A DNA stretch of 64,000 bases from an uncultured Verrucomicrobiae bacterium (lineage in GTDB: Bacteria > Verrucomicrobiota > Verrucomicrobiia > Chthoniobacterales > UBA10450): assembly GCA_963719605.1 (NCBI GenBank), contig CAVRCO010000007.1:42844-106843 (forward strand), read 5' to 3'. Both the position numbers and the translations under genes were made by a program. The notes below the pieces were generated by a model. The model did not search any database. It saw nothing but the letters and a program-made list of their open reading frames with translations, and had not been told where the DNA came from. Below, one piece after another: positions 63,891-64,000 of this stretch. Every line of letters begins with the position of its first letter. Position 1 is the first letter of the stretch.

Positions 63891-64000
63891 ATGACCGCAC
63901 AAAATCCTTCGGAGCTGAAGTTTGAGATCGGTCACGTCCTCTTCATCGATATCGTTCGTTTTTCGACTTTGCTCATTAACCAGCAAAGTGAGCAGCTTGA
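63891..64000 (+). CDS. adenylate/guanylate cyclase domain protein, paralog of 59262, 3' end cut by window edge
   Basis: MTAQNPSELKFEIGHVLFIDIVRFSTLLINQQSEQL parallels MADEQKSKLRLAIAHVLFIDIVGYSKLRTNEQSAQI. Confidence 0.65.
   Translation, partial: MTAQNPSELKFEIGHVLFIDIVRFSTLLINQQSEQL

Noticed and set aside
1-64000. tRNA, rRNA, transposase, integrase, prophage or known defence-system genes
   Set aside because: Scanning both strands, I found no T-arm/acceptor-like tRNA signatures, no rRNA-like segments, and no ORF with DDE, tyrosine-recombinase or serine-recombinase, Cas, restriction-modification or abortive-infection-type motifs. Absence is based on reading only, not on a search tool.

Overview
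This is a chromosomal, mostly housekeeping segment from a moderately GC-rich bacterium. The gene content (ExbB/ExbD plus a TPR protein, YVTN and BNR propellers, DUF1579, several secreted NTF2-like proteins, cyclase-TPR paralogs) suggests a soil Verrucomicrobia/PVC-like or Acidobacteria-like organism, but that is inference only. I call about 60 protein genes, including glgE (cut by the window edge), exbB-exbD-TPR, scpA, rodA, cdaA-folP, rnr, a ferredoxin/FNR-like/sufT trio, rplI-dnaB, tkt, an rsmA-NUDIX fusion, an aas-like bifunctional enzyme, an Na+/H+ antiporter and a Ca2+/H+ exchanger. I found no rRNA, tRNA, CRISPR array, transposase, integrase or recognisable defence island. Six observations stand out. 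(1) A 150-230 bp modular repeat is present twice; an empty-site/filled-site comparison inside a duplicated DUF202 gene shows an AAT direct repeat, which looks like a MITE-type insertion. (2) Conserved genes are interrupted unusually often: three frameshifts that all need the same +1 correction, one in-frame TGA at a conserved Trp, one gene with no canonical start codon, and several gene remnants. (3) A membrane-anchored MsrB/SelR-like protein has lost every catalytic and zinc-binding cysteine. (4) RsmA/KsgA is fused to a NUDIX hydrolase. (5) A DUF697 protein carries a degenerate GTPase-like N-terminal domain, and a second DUF697 gene lies nearby. (6) Remnants of recombination occur among tandem adenylate-cyclase/TPR paralogs. 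All functional calls come from reading motifs in the supplied translations; no database search was possible.
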